A stretch of DNA of 64,000 nt from Felis catus (Eukaryota), in NCBI RefSeq assembly GCF_018350175.1, contig NC_058368.1:58034001-58098000 (forward strand), read 5' to 3'. This document shows, piece after piece, positions 50,520 through 64,000 of this stretch (position 1 is the stretch's first letter; each line of letters begins with the position of its first letter). Position numbers and translations under genes: made by a program. The notes beneath the pieces are model-generated. The model did no database searches. It was not told the DNA's origin and saw nothing but the letters and a program-made list of their open reading frames with translations.

Positions 50520-50954
50520 TTTGAGCCACTTCTAAAGCACTCACTAGAGGTTAATCTTGAACTGCTGAGTAAATCCATATCCAACAACTTCCATTTTCTG
50601 TCTCTCACGCTCTGTGCCCACTATACATCTACCCTAATCACCCTAGGGCCAGATGTCATACCACTAGAGACAGTCTCTCAAATTACCAGAACCCACTGGA
50701 CTATTCAAATTAGCTAATTCATAGGGAGGCCACAAAACCTAACTAACCTCACCTCGTTTGTCAAACATAAACTGCCCTTATAGCTCGTTTATGGTACACT
50801 GTCTCTGTCCTGGGGTTCAAACTCCTCTGCGGCCCCAAGTGACACCTCTCTCCCTTTATACTTGGAAGTAACAGAGTTTAGTCTTTCATCTTTCTGAGTG
50901 TCATTAGTGTCTGCACTGTGTCTTGCATTCAAAAGAATCATTGAATAATAAAAC
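50520..50954 (+). mobile_element. ERVL-class LTR (MER54/MER74-like)
   Basis: ccctaatcaccctagggccag…actagagacag…tattcaaattagctaattcatagggaggccacaaaacctaactaacc and the end aataaaaca (family from memory). Confidence 0.6.
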
Positions 50955-52124
50955 AAATCTCTTGAGAACTTTTGCTATGAGGGAAAGAATTGGGGTGATA
51001 ATATTTGAGGGCAGGGGAAGTTTCCTTTTTTCTCTCTCTCTCTTTATTAAATTTGGCTGGGACTGTAGGATATTTGGATGTTGATGAAAATAATTTAATA
51101 AAGAAGGAAGCATTGTTGAATCAGAGAAAAGCTGAGACCATTTCAGGACCAGAGATTTTTTAAATGGGCTATCCATACTGGTTGATAGATGTGATGGTGA
51201 TAGCAAGGAAAATTCACAATTAAATTGTTAATTCTAATGTAGAAACAAACAAAAATAGGATTATTTGGTGATGGTAAGATTAAGCTTATGCTACAATATC
51301 AATGCATACTGGCTCCCAAGAGAATACATTTCAACAGAACACAGTTAAAACTTCAAAACACTAATGTGTTGTGCTATGGATCAAGGAGTTTCCTCTAGGG
51401 TATGAAAACTTGGCTTCTTTTCATTACATTAAAAAAAAATCATGCTGCAAGAACTGCTGAGTTCTGCATTTCTCCATGGAAATTAACCAATTTAAACAAA
51501 AAGCAGTGAAATGTGATTCACTCACTTACAATTAAGATTAGCTCAGTATATTCAACATCAAGGTACAATTTTTCTTTGGACTACCATTGTCTCCAGAGTA
51601 TTCAGCAGCAGTATAAAGGGTCAGGCTTAATAAATTATTAAATATCCTACTGGGAACCTGCTGCCTAACCTATAACTTTTCTGAGTAGTACTGCAACAAT
51701 GAGAAATGTGTGGGTGTTTGATTTTATGCATATGTTTGCAGCTTATCGAATTTTAAAGAACTTGGGTTAAAAAACTGTGCCTGATATTTATTCATAGTAA
51801 ATTTTTCTTTAGTTCAGTATAGATTTGGATTTTGCATATTTTCCATGACTTTAATAATTTCTTTTGGTGTGAAGCCTATAAATATGTTTTTGAATTCTTT
51901 CTAACCAAACACATTTTATTTTCTTGTTAGGTAATTTCAATACAAAAGTATTCTATAATGATTCTCTCTGATGAATATAGCTGACAGAGATTTGCAATAG
52001 AGTTCTGACATACAAAATTATCATTTTGTTTTAGTTTATTAAAAGATGTTTTTGAATGACACAAACAGAAGCAAACATAAGAAGCAAACATGAAATATTT
52101 TGTGGATTTCAAATATTTTGATAT

Positions 52125-52333
52125 ATTTTTTTATGTTTATTTATTTTTGACAGATAGAGGGAGAAGAGAGCATGAGTGGGGAGGGGCAAAGAGAAGAGAC
52201 ATAGAATCTGAAGCAGGCTCCAGGCTCTGAGCTGTTAGCACAGAGCCTGATGTGGGGCTTGAACTCATAGACTGCGAGATCATGACCCGAGCTAAAGTCG
52301 GACCCTCAACCGACTGAGCCAGCCAAGCACCCC
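52125..52333 (-). mobile_element. CAN-SINE
   Basis: Antisense body; TSD aaatattttgatat at 52111-52124 and 52334-52347. Confidence 0.95.
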
Positions 52334-53295
52334 AAATATTTTGATATTTTAATGTTACTTTTATTATTATTTGTATTTTTAAAATATCATATAGTTCTTG
52401 GTAAAATGAATAATTATTCCGTCTTTCCAAGTGTGTGTTATAAGCAAAATTAAACAGAAACATCAGAATTCCTGAAAAATGTGTTTATTTGAAGTATTTT
52501 GTTGATAAAAATATATCCAGGAAATGGTGAAAAATGATGTTATTTGACCGAGTTAAAATACCTATATTCTGGTAATGTCAGTGACTTGATTATAATAACA
52601 AATAGAAAATAAAGTATAATTTTGGAAAACCTTGTTTGTGATAATGGATTCCATTTTAGGTATTTCTGCAATGATGATTTTCCCTATAAAGACTACAACA
52701 TTCACTAAATAATATATGTTAATGTAGCTTTTTATAGAAAAGTTGAAATCCATATAAACAGAATTTTATATATTTCTCTTTTAGAATATAAACTTCAAAG
52801 ATCTCAAACTTTCAATATAGACATTTATTGTAGAGTCTGGGAAATGAGAAATTAAAAAAAATAAAGTATTTCATCAATTGGAACAATTCTGTTTGTTTTT
52901 CAGTTTTATATGAAGAGAGACTTTTAATTTAATGCTTACTTCCTAAAATATCTAAATAATCTGTAGAATAAATCATAAGAAACATATCAAGAATGATTTC
53001 TGAGGTAAAGATCTTTAGTTTAAAAAAAAAGAATGATGTGTTGCATTGCAAAAGCTTTTTTTTAAACTATCTCTTAAGAGTTTAGATTAGATTAAATAAT
53101 CATGTTGGAAGGGGGCTAACAAGTCATTTATATGAGGTATGTGTTAAGATTGTTAAATACTACGAATTATTTTCTTTAAAACAATTCAGTTCCATTAATA
53201 GAACACTGAGGATGCTATTGTGTTTAAGTTGCAATCAGTTGAATGACAGATTACCATAAACTTTGTGAAAAAATGATGACCACAGAAGACTATTT

Positions 53296-53431
53296 TTTAA
53301 ATGTTATTTATTTGTTTTGAGGAGAGGAGAGGGTGCAGAGAGAGAGGGAGAGAGAATCCCAAGCAGGCTCCACATTCCTGAGACAAAACCAAGAGTCAGT
53401 CACTTAGCCAACTGAGCCACCCGGGCACCCC
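53296..53431 (-). mobile_element. Internally deleted CAN-SINE
   Basis: Head and tail present, middle missing; TSD cagaagact(a/g)ttt at 53283-53295 and 53432-53444. Confidence 0.9.
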
Positions 53432-55763
53432 CAGAAGACTGTTTAAATGTAAGATTCAAATTGATTTTTGCCAATGAGAACCGAGAATTTTGTCCACTAC
53501 AGTGGAACAAGCTACATGTTATAGACTCTAATTATTTGCCCTAAGAGCACTTAGCATAAAGGAGCATATGCTTTCTTAAATGTACTTTCCTTAATAAAAG
53601 ATTTTCTTACTAGTAAACCAGGTATACTCAACAATGACATTGACAGTGAGAATTTAGGATAATATAGCACAGGATATTTTTATGGTTTCCTTTATTTTTT
53701 AGGAGGGAAGGGAGATACTGAATTTATGTATATTATCCAAGTGGTTCTTATAATAATTTTTATCCTTTTTTATGTAGAGGATACATGGCCTTAGTAGCAA
53801 TGTTACTGTAATTTTAACCCATCTGACCAATCCCAAAGTTGCCTTCCTGACATAGTGTGTTGCTCAGGATACTTATTAGGTGTAAATTTATTTGGATGTA
53901 ACTTGCTGAGTTCCCCAAATTCTAAAGTCTTATTTAGAAATTTGGAGTAAGCATATGAAATTCTCACTTAATATCTCTTATGAAAAGCAGCCTTAATAAT
54001 ATAAAAGTATAAATAACTTGATGAATATATACTTTGGAAAAAATAACTAAACGAATGAACTGAGGAGTTTGCTTTCATTATTTCCTGTTTATCAGAGTTC
54101 AAAATACATTTAACCTTGTGTCACAGATATTTCCTATGTGCTTATTTCATTTCTCTTTTTTGTTATATTAGTTATTGTGTTGATCCCATGTCATATTACT
54201 AATAAGATGACACTCCTTAACTCTATTGTTTCTGTATCTCTATTCCTAAAAGATACAGAAGACAACAGAAAACAAATTGGTAAAAATTTGCACAGAGAAA
54301 TACTACTTAAATTGATAAAAAAAGAATAATTTTAATTCTATGGATGAATGATAAATAAATTTTCAAGAAAATAACTTTGTATGATAGAGTATAATCAATT
54401 TATAGCAAGTATAATCAAGTATATCACAAACCTGTTGTTTTGTGCATGAACAGGGAGAGTGTGGTTGAAATTATCTTTGAGCCATATGAAAACCTTATTT
54501 TGAAAACATACACCTATCAGTGGATGAATATCGTCTGAGATTTGGCTTATGAGCATCAAGATTTTTAAAATTCCAAACTCTTACATACAAAATTGATAAA
54601 TGCATATGCCAATGGTTCAGGATTTTCTGCCTAAGTTCATGAAGACAGGACTAGAAAAAGCCCCGAGGTTCAGCTCCATTGTTACATTATTCTAATTTAT
54701 GTTTCTTTGGCATATTTGTTATTATTGATTTATCAGTTTCCACTTTTCTCTAACCAGATTAAAATGCATTCTGCTTTACAATCTAATTAATGAACACAGC
54801 AAGGTGTAGAGATAGAAAAGAGATCAGATTTATATTTTCTCCATGTGGCTGCTGAAAATTATTCCTCCTGAAAATGCTTTTGATATCCTAATTCCTGACA
54901 TATAACTTTGATTAATTATTTGAGTGTAACGCTACTTTTTTTCTCCCAGTGTTCCTATAAAAACATGGTTGTATCCAATGCAGTAATAATTCACAAAGCT
55001 TCAAATCAAAGAGTCATCATGCCAAGGAATAAATGGGAATAAGAGAAAGCTTTCCAGGCAAATGCCATAGATTATTGAGGGGAAGGTTTGTTTCCAGGAA
55101 GAGATGACAGGTCTTCTCAACTGTAAGATTTGGGTCAGGCTCTACAGTGATTTAGTTCTAGAGCAGTGAGCTAAAGCAGAAAAGGTCAAGCAAGTCCTAT
55201 AACTCTTGACAGGCAGAATGACAAATGTTATAGCAGTCAGGTAATGCACATTTCAGGACATGTAAACTAAGTTTGAAGTAGTAGGTAGCAGTATCCCTAA
55301 GAAGAAATCCTGATTCTGAACTGTGATCACAGAAAGGAAATTTTTGTTTCATATTGCTTGCTGGGAGTGAAGAGCTGAGATAGGTCAGATCACAAAGAGG
55401 AGGGTGGAATAAAAATTCAATGAGAATGATGACTCTGTTTAAGGTTTTGCAAACAAGCAATCCAATGAATATCTATGAGGATTTAAACATGGTCAGGAAC
55501 ACAAGAAGATAGATATAGATCTGAATTCCTTGCACTGGACCACATAAAGGTGCACCAGAAATTTAATGTTTCAGTCCAACCCACGGGAAATGAGAAATTT
55601 ATACAATTGTTAGAGCTTTGTGCTGAGTGCTGAGCTTAGACCATTAATTTTGATATGTGGTTGTGCTGGGGCACTTCGGCATCAGCAGTGTAACCATTCC
55701 AGTGAAGAACTTCCTTGCTTTGCTATACTTATACATTATGTCATATTCTCATTATATATGCAT

Positions 55764-55817
55764 ATCTATCTATCTATCTATCTATCTATAAATCATCTAT
55801 CTATCTACCTATCTATC
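55764..55817. repeat. (TCTA)n microsatellite
   Basis: Read directly from the sequence. Confidence 0.92.
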
Positions 55818-56908
55818 TCTGGGCTTATAGCATGCATGGTGTTTGCTTGCCTTGTGACTTTGATTCCAACCATGCTAAAAGGAACTGATTCAGAAATCTA
55901 GAACCACTAAGAAGTCCGTAAAAATAAGAATTCCCACTTTAAAATACTAAAGCTCAAAAAATTCAAAATTATACAGATTTATATGTATATGTACTTAGGT
56001 ATAGACAGTATAATCTATGGAAAACATTTTTTAATCTGTTGCTTTCCCATTAAACTTGATGGCAAAATTTTAAGAACATTGACTTTGGATCTAGATTAGG
56101 CATGTGTCCCAGCTCCACTACTCACTAACCTTATAATTCTATACAAGTTACTAAAACTTTGTGCTTTTTCTCCCATGTAAAATGGAAATGAAAATTGTTC
56201 CTATTACATTGGATCACTATGAAGATTAAATAAATAGATGTAAAACATAATATATGATTACATGACGTTATGGATATCTATACATACATACACAAATACA
56301 TGCATACATATGTATATCTTAATTAATATGTGTAACATATACAAATGTATATGATGTGATTTAAGTATAAGAAAGCACAGTTCAGAATAGTATGCATGGT
56401 TGCCAACTATTGTGTTAGAAATGTGGAGAACATAAATGACTTCTCCTGTTTTCAAAAAATCGAACAAAGTGGGTGCCTGTAATTAGAAGAAATGAGCATG
56501 GAAAAAGGATAGGGATAGAATTTAAAGTTCTATAATAAATTGTATTTTATCATTTTAACTACTAAATATGTACTTTTCACATAGTTTAAAAACTAGATTT
56601 CATTTAAACACTTTACTAGTTTATAGGGACATACTAAGGGTTGATTATGCTGCCCTGATGACAATGGTACCAAAGTTGACTACATATGCTAAATATTTTA
56701 ATAAGCCTGATAATGTCATTAAGAAAAAAACCAAATGTTTCCACTCTCAAAAAGTGCGAGACACTGAGAACAGAGATGATACAAATGTCAAAAATATGGG
56801 ACTGGGATAGTATTATTTTAATTGTGATGATACCTTCATATGACTTCTGGTCATACTTAGCATTTTAAACATAAGCATTTAGTACACTCCTCCCTTAGGA
56901 TAAAAGAC

Positions 56909-56919
56909 TATATATATAC

Positions 56920-56976
<57 letters not shown>

Positions 56977-56996
56977 AACACACATACATATATACA
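56909..56996. repeat. Interrupted (TA)n microsatellite
   Basis: Read directly from the sequence. Confidence 0.93.
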
Positions 56997-57533
56997 TTAG
57001 TATATAACTATTAGTATAAATGGAAAGGGACAGAAGACAGCAGCATGAGAGAGTTTTTAATATTTTTAGGAAACACAGATATTTATGGAAGTGTTTTAAA
57101 TGATATAACAGGGTAATAAGCTGAGTCTTATGTGCATACAGTAAGAAGTGCTTATTTCTGTCATAACATCACCATAAAGACTAAGATATTTGAGACAATA
57201 AAAAAGCAGGAAAAGTAATGAAAAATGCTATAAACAGGGTGCAAGTTTTCACTGCAATGTTTTAAGGATTTACTAAAAAAAGGTATAGAGGAGAGAATAT
57301 AATAGATCATATACAAAAGACCAAGAATAAAATGGGACTGTAATTCTTTTTAGAAAAATTAGAAGATAACAATGCAAAACAATCCTTATTCTTAGACAAA
57401 ATGTTTCTCAACCTGTGTTTTAATCTGGAGAAACACGTATTCAATGGTGAAAATACATTTTCCTATGTGTAAAATCTCCAAAATGTATCTGTGGTCCTCC
57501 CTTTTTCAGAAAGTTATTAGAAGATGCATTCCA

Positions 57534-57763
57534 GGGGTGCCTGGGTGGCTCAGTTGGTTAAGCGTCACCTTCAGCTCAGGTCATGATCTCAAGGTTCATG
57601 GGTTCAAGCCCTACATCTGGCTCTGTGTTGACAGCTCAGAGCCTAGAACCTGTTTCAGATTCTGTGTCTCCGTCACTCTCTGCCCCTTCCCTGCTCATGC
57701 TCTGTCTTTCTCTGTCTCTCTCTTAAAAATAAATAAAAACATTAAAAAAATTAAAAAATAAAA
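57534..57763 (+). mobile_element. CAN-SINE
   Basis: Full body; perfect TSD aagatgcattcca at 57521-57533 and 57764-57776. Confidence 0.96.
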
Positions 57764-58854
57764 AAGATGCATTCCAATAGAACATGAGAGTCAAAAATAC
57801 TGAGATCACAAGAGGGAGCAAACATGAGTCAGAACACCGATGTAGTCGAATGAAGTTTCCAGGATGGTTGGGGAAAGGCCATTGAAAGTCATTTGTGTCT
57901 TTACAGGGAGAGTAAACTGAACCTGGGGTGAACCCAGTCCAAATAATAACAAATTAGAGAAAAATTATTGAGAGATCATTGAATAGTTTTGAAAAAACTG
58001 GATAAATGGAATGTAGGTCTAAGTAAAAATGTCAATTACTGTTTTTTTAAAGAAAACAAGAAGATGAACAAGAAAAAAAATATAATTTGGTTTATAGCTT
58101 CATTCACTAGTGATTCATATTTACATAATTGCATGCTGATGTATTTAACACAAAATAGATGATGATTTAACCTAAAAAGTATTTTTACTTCATTTGAAAA
58201 AGAAATGCTAAAGAATTTATGTGTGTGGAAGAGAATATTCTCTGCAAGGTTAATACTCATTCCATTTATTAGAAAACATTAAGTCATATCTGGAATTGTG
58301 AATCAAGAGATAGCAGTATAAATATAGTATTTGTAAAATATAAAGATAAATGAAAGAAAAATGTCAGAAATTGTTGACTATAGGACAAGGAAATGAAATT
58401 TTGAGTTCTTAATCTTTTATTCTGAGTCAGTTCAAGTGAGATAAGATTTAAACCTCCTCCCCCTACCCCCACACCATATAGTTGTATTATTTTGGTGAAA
58501 AATATATAAACTTGATTAAAAATGATTGAAGTTAAGTGAAAGTTAAAAGGTAAACATTTTTAACACTTTCTAATTTTTTCTAAAATACAAATATAAGACA
58601 ACTTGAAGTACCACGTATATATTGTAACAAATAAAAAATATACAAATGTAAAATAAAAAAAATCAACATGAAGCAGTTATTCTGTGGATTGCATCCCAGA
58701 GAGCCATTTTTGTAATAATTCATGTATCTTACTCAGGTTGCAGAAAATTGAAGAAAAGAGAAAACATTTTAACTGGTTAAAGCAACAAACGAATTTTAAG
58801 AAGGTTTAAAAAAATAAAACTGGGCTTCTAAAAGGGATTTCTAAAATCACAACA

Positions 58855-59350
58855 CAGATGATGGCCACTAATTTTGCCTCTGAGAATAGCCATCTGGAAG
58901 CTCCAGTCTCAGAAAGCTGCTCCCACAGCTGCCGATTCCAGAACCAGCAACATACACCCTGATCAGGAAAGGAGAAGCCTGATCCTCGAACCACATCTGG
59001 AGCAGATAGTTGCAGAATTGCGCTGCCTCTTCCACAAACAGTGCCATCAAAATGGTCACCTTGGACCATGTCAGCTCGTCATATTACCACAATCCAGTCC
59101 TGAATCAAACTGACACCAGAGTATATTTGATTGGAAGAATCTTAATTACCCCCAGAAGCCTAACTGTAAAGGAGTTTGAGAAAATAGTTTTTGGTTTCCA
59201 GCCAGTACAATAGAGCAAGAATAGAAGAAGGTTAAAATGGGTGTTAAGCTAGTCAATGTCACATGTACAAATGCCCCATTTGGTGAGAACGAGCATATAC
59301 TAGTTTTCAACTGGACTTCTTCATTCCAAATAAAAAGTCCCACCATTGTA
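58855..59350 (+). pseudogene. Possible decayed retrocopy of an unidentified mRNA
   Basis: GC-richer, non-repetitive island with overlapping short ORFs in shifting frames and an AATAAA near 59328. No tail, TSD or parent gene recognised. Confidence 0.3.
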
Positions 59351-60254
59351 GTCTATGATATATCTCATATATATAAATTTAAAAGTTTATGAAGTGATTG
59401 TTGTATATAGAAACAATTATTTTTTTTATGTTTTGTTGTTGTTGTTATTTCAGATGATACTGCAGTCAACACCCTGTATTTGTCATATACAATCACACAC
59501 ATATATTCTTCTAGGGTACCTCCTCAGAATAGCATTGCTGTTTAGAAATTCACATCTTTACCTCAAATCAATAAAGTCAATTTTACTCTCAAAAGAGTTG
59601 TACAAAATAAACAACTCCAAAAAACTTGGGTGTTTTGAGATCATCCAAAAATAAAGTATCAGTCTCACATATGTGACTTTAATTTACCTAGCTTTGATTA
59701 TAGGTAATGATTGAACATCTTTTAATATGTTTATCGGTAACGTGGCCAATATTATTATTTCCCAGAAATAACTGGGAAATAACTGTTGTGTTATCCTAAT
59801 TATTAGTATACTCATTTCAACATATGTATACCTGGTCTATTTTCCCAGTGAAAACCCTACCTAATTCTTATTTTTAGGTATGCTTTTATTTAGAGTCGAT
59901 CAAGCAATTGCTTCTTGCATGTATTACAAATATTTTCCCCCAAACTGTAATTTTTACATTAAACCTTGATATAAAGTATTTCTGTGTAGCTCCTATTCAA
60001 GCTTTTATTTTGTGTTTAACCCATGCTGTAGTTTTTTTTTTCTTTTAGAGTTTTTAGGATATGTATTATGTTTTTGAAGTCTTTGCTTATATCTTAAAGC
60101 TAAGATTTGGATGCATACATTACAGGTAAATCTAACTATGTATCTTAACATATATATCTCTCTCAGGAAACACATTCTCTTATAAGACAGTATATCTTAC
60201 AATCATTTGAAAGTACAAACACTAGCTGGATAGTCTTAGCATGTTTTTGGATTA

Positions 60255-60420
60255 TGAAGAAGAGAGGGAGATGGCCTAGGAGGAGGAGAGTGAGGAGGAG
60301 CTATTGTCAAAGTGAGGAGGGGGAGAAAGAGAAGAGAAAAAGGAGGAAGAGAGGAAGAGGAAAGAGAAAAGAAGAAGAAAGATGAGAAGAAAAAGAAGAA
60401 AACAAACAGGAAAAAAAGAG
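60255..60420. repeat. GA-rich low-complexity tract
   Basis: Purine-rich GAG/GAA runs. Confidence 0.85.
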
Positions 60421-61329
60421 TTTCATTTCCTGGTGGATTACAAATTCCTTATCCTTTCAAAGGTCCTGCCAGGTGTAGGAGTCTGCCTGAAACCTAGTGT
60501 TCTGGGGTGTCCTGGATGCTATGGATATTAAATTTCAAATATTTTAGAGTACACTGAATTTCTTTTGGACTGGTGATTATTGTATATACTCTCCCTAAGG
60601 ACAGAGGAACAGTGATGGGCTTTCTAAATTTCTAACTTCCAACTATATATGTTCTTTCTTTCTTCCAACACATGGAGTCTCATCCTAGACCTGATCATTA
60701 TCTCTATCTCAGCACTGGACCAACATCAAGGATGGGGAATGCTCTGACTGAAGAAAAAAGAAAGATAATTAGAGAGACATACAGTAGCCTCTCCTCTGGT
60801 GTCTTTTAGGGAGAGACTGTTAAAAACACATGTGAATTCAAGAATGGTAAGGCCTCACTGTTCCTTTCTGAAGATATTTTTCTGCTTTTATTCCAACTAT
60901 CCTTGTCAAAATGCTTCATAATTTACACCTGATTTTGAGTGTTTTCGCTCTCTCTCCACAGGCTTTCCCTCTTAAACATAATTATGTTCATTTTTTTTTG
61001 CATCTTAAATTATATAGCTATCATTCAGACTTTGATTTCTATCACACTGTTTTCTATACATTTGAGCTAAACAAGAGGTTGAATTTAAATAGCCATAATG
61101 TAAAGATACATGTAAATATATCTTCTTAAAGTATTAAAGATCTGACAAGACAGAACGGACACAGTGGGCCAAAATATGTGTGCAGATATAAAGCAGCGAA
61201 GAAGTAAAAGTTACTTACCCTGACAGCAATCCTGTGACCAGGCAAACTTCAACTTTGTGTTTCTCATGGAATGTAGCAGATAGAAGACCAAGTTCAGGGT
61301 CCAAACAAGATCAAGACTCAACAGAGTCA

Positions 61330-61850
61330 GCAAAGAATGACAGAGAAAGTACCTCTGAAAATTTTCTCCTCCATTAAAGCAACAACAAAAATGGCAACAA
61401 TTTTCAGAATTAACACTTTTCAGAACTCTGGAAATCAACCAATGGTTTTCAGCAATCCAAAAGAAGTTTTTTCAAGAAAAAAAAAATCAGTAAATCTCTG
61501 TAATAACAAATAGCTTTATGGTGTTGTAGTATCTTATTTCCACTGCCCCTCTCTGCATCTGTGGTTACCTTAAATTCAACAGCTGCAACTATAGCAAAAA
61601 ACCAGCACCATGGCAAACGAGGTGGCAAAATTAGGCTGGGACTCCATCTTTACTCATTATCAGAGAAATGTCAGTATTTGACCAGTCTGTTGGTTCCCTG
61701 AAAAACTCCACTTTCATCTAGAAAAGACTGCCTTTATGTGATCTGACACCCAGTGTGAAGAGTCTTTTCCCTAGGGACATTGATCAAAATTAAAGATGAT
61801 TGTTTTACATTGCAGCTGCCTGAGGTAGTGGATAACAGTTGGAGCTATAA
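61330..61850 (+). mobile_element. Ancient L1 5'UTR fragment (L1M-type)
   Basis: cacttttcagaactctggaaatcaaccaatggttttcagcaatccaa…ttcaagaaaa matches old L1M 5' ends (from memory) and resembles 63640-63750. Confidence 0.65.
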
Positions 61851-63567
61851 ATAAAAATACAGAAAATAACAAGTTTTGGCAAGAATGTAGAAAAATTGTA
61901 ACTGTAATCCATATTTGGTAGGAATTTAAAATGCAGCCACTGTGGAAACCACTTTGTCAGTTCTTCAAAAAATAAAACATACCAAAAACTTACAGGAATA
62001 TAAATTAGTACAGTAACTAAAAAAATGAATTTGTATTATCTAATATGCTGCAGATGTTGGTCTCTAAACCCATAATTTGTAATAGTGGTCTACAATATTT
62101 GTTCACATATCTACTGAGTTTTGCACATTTTATATATCTACACAATTTTTTTTACACTAACATCTTAAATTTTCACAGTAAGTATACCTAGTTTTAAAAG
62201 ATAAAATTATTCTCCTTTATGCACACTGACATTTTATACTAAAACTATCGATGGCTTTTAAGTAGAGAGATTTGATTTTGTTTTGTTTGTCTTTGAGTTA
62301 CGCCTTCATTAAATGACTGGCTGCTGCATGGAATAACGGAACCATATGAGGCAGGATGAAGAATATTCCATTATGTCACCATCATTTAACAATAAGACAC
62401 TTGACAGTTGTTTACAAGAATCATATTTTCAGTATATTGAGGACAACATTATTTTTTACATGTCCTCATACCTTTAAAAGTACATATATCAATTTGATAA
62501 ATTAATTAAATAAACAGAAAAAAACTTTACTCATCATATTTGGAAATAAACTATTTCAAACTTAAGTGCCTGTCAAGTATGAGGAATTGGTGGACGTTGA
62601 CTTAGGTATAAATTTGCTTATATTTGTCAATACCATACATTTTATTTCCTTTTTGATTTTCATTCTATTAAAATTCTTTGGCAGTGTTATTCAAAGAGAA
62701 AAATTATACTTTCTGCGAATCTGAAAATTATTTATAGATGATTATCTCAATATATTTTGTTGGAAAATATTTGGGGGTAATTTATGTTTAACTGTTGGAA
62801 TGTATTAATAATAAGCCCATGGTGTGTCTCAACCAAATAGCCACAAAGGGGAGCTCTAACCTAGCAAAAGAATAAATCACCTGCTAAACAGGACACCACA
62901 ACAATATTTTTCTTCCTTCACAACAGAATTGAAGGAGAGTTTTAACAATTTGTACGTTATTCCAATTACATTTTTTTTTTGCCTCTCAGAAATAGGTTTG
63001 CTTGAAGATTATATAAGGCACATTCAAAATAAATTACAGCAAAGAGCAGCTTTTTTCCCCCTTTTCCAACTAACCAATGTCACATTCTGCATTAGCATGG
63101 AATTACTTGCAATGGCTTAAGATTTAACTTCAAAGCAATTGTGCTTAATGAAAATGACTGTGAATTCAAGCAACTGCACTGATAGGCTGCAGTAGCTGAG
63201 GAAAGGGAGGGCCTGTAAATTGTGTAAAGATGAAAGTAACAGAGCGTATCTTTAATAATGCATATTTAATTGCCTTGGTAAAATTGACTATTTTTTAACT
63301 CTGTCCTATATGGGGTATATATTTTAACAATCCCTGCCGGTGTGGTAATTTTAAATAAACTAGAACATTTGTTTGTTGCATTTTACAATGAAATCTAAAG
63401 TGAGAGATATAACATCCTTATATACATTTATTTTAAATGATTGAAAATCATCTTTTAATGTACAGAACTTTTAAGAATTTAATATTTGTTAGTTTTAATT
63501 CATTTTATTCCATAAACATTTCTAAATGATTTCAGCAAAAAGAAGATAAAAATATGCTATGGAGGAT

Positions 63568-64000
63568 TACTTTCTGAATGGAAATGTGAGATATTCCACA
63601 GACCCTCTCAAGAAAATCAACTATAACTGGTGGAAATTATTTTTAAAAAAACTGTCAAAAGTTTTTGAAATTGTCCTAAGAGCATACAGCCAATGAAGAA
63701 ATATTTATTCAAAACAAATGTAATAAAACTTGATTTAAGAACAGTGAGCGTCTGTGGCATTTAGGCTATAGCCCACCGCTTACTCCTGAATCATCATGAC
63801 TGAAATTTCACTCTGGCTGGATGTGGCTATGAAAAATGTGGCTTCTCCTTGCTTCAGTCTTTATTCAAGGGTTACAGTACCCAATGGGTAGGGAAATTAC
63901 CACCATGATTTATGTAACCCCCAACTCTGTGTTTCAGAGGTGAATTCCAGGTGAGCCAAAGGGCTAGGAGCTCCCTTCTTCTACCCAGCTCCAACTCGTA
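63568..64000 (+). mobile_element. Ancient L1 5'UTR fragment (L1MD-like), running off the window
   Basis: ataactggtggaaattatttt…gaaattgtcctaagagcatacagccaatgaagaaatatttattcaa…aagaacagtgagcgtctgtggcattt. Confidence 0.7.

Noticed and set aside
4802..57761. Recurrent ORFs with AQVMIS…AQSLEPAS or (ER)n peptides
   Set aside because: Translations of CAN-SINE bodies and their (CT)n tracts.
58855..59350. Naming a parent gene for the coding-like island
   Set aside because: Only fleeting resemblances to several unrelated proteins; none strong enough to state.
1..64000. True tRNA genes, CRISPR arrays or prokaryotic systems
   Set aside because: All tRNA-like A/B boxes belong to SINE heads; there are no repeat-spacer arrays or operon-like ORFs; the DNA is mammalian.

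Overview
AT-rich mammalian genomic DNA from a felid (cat family), judged from many tRNA-derived carnivore SINEs with felid-type internal motifs and felid-type L1 3' ends. Most of the window is intron or intergenic sequence rich in repeats. These include about 18 CAN-SINEs (most with readable target-site duplications), two young L1 3' fragments (one 5'-inverted with a nested SINE), a young solo LTR, and an ancient ERVL-type provirus (7669-14870) carrying nested MLT1, L1 and SINE insertions. There are also older LTRs, DNA transposons (MER44-, Tigger1- and MER20-like), L2 and old L1 remnants, and microsatellites. The main non-repeat signal is a clean 345-nt, phase-2-symmetric coding-like exon (16169-16513, +). 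It splices in frame to a candidate terminal exon at 33533, giving ...FSCARDFHVNLKKLQVLRT-stop. The inverted L1 sits 8 nt after that stop codon, between it and an AATAAA. I could not identify the gene; the exon peptide loosely resembles a BAH domain. Repeat family names come from remembered consensus sequences, not database searches. Nearly all other ORFs in the supplied track are repeat-derived or chance ORFs.
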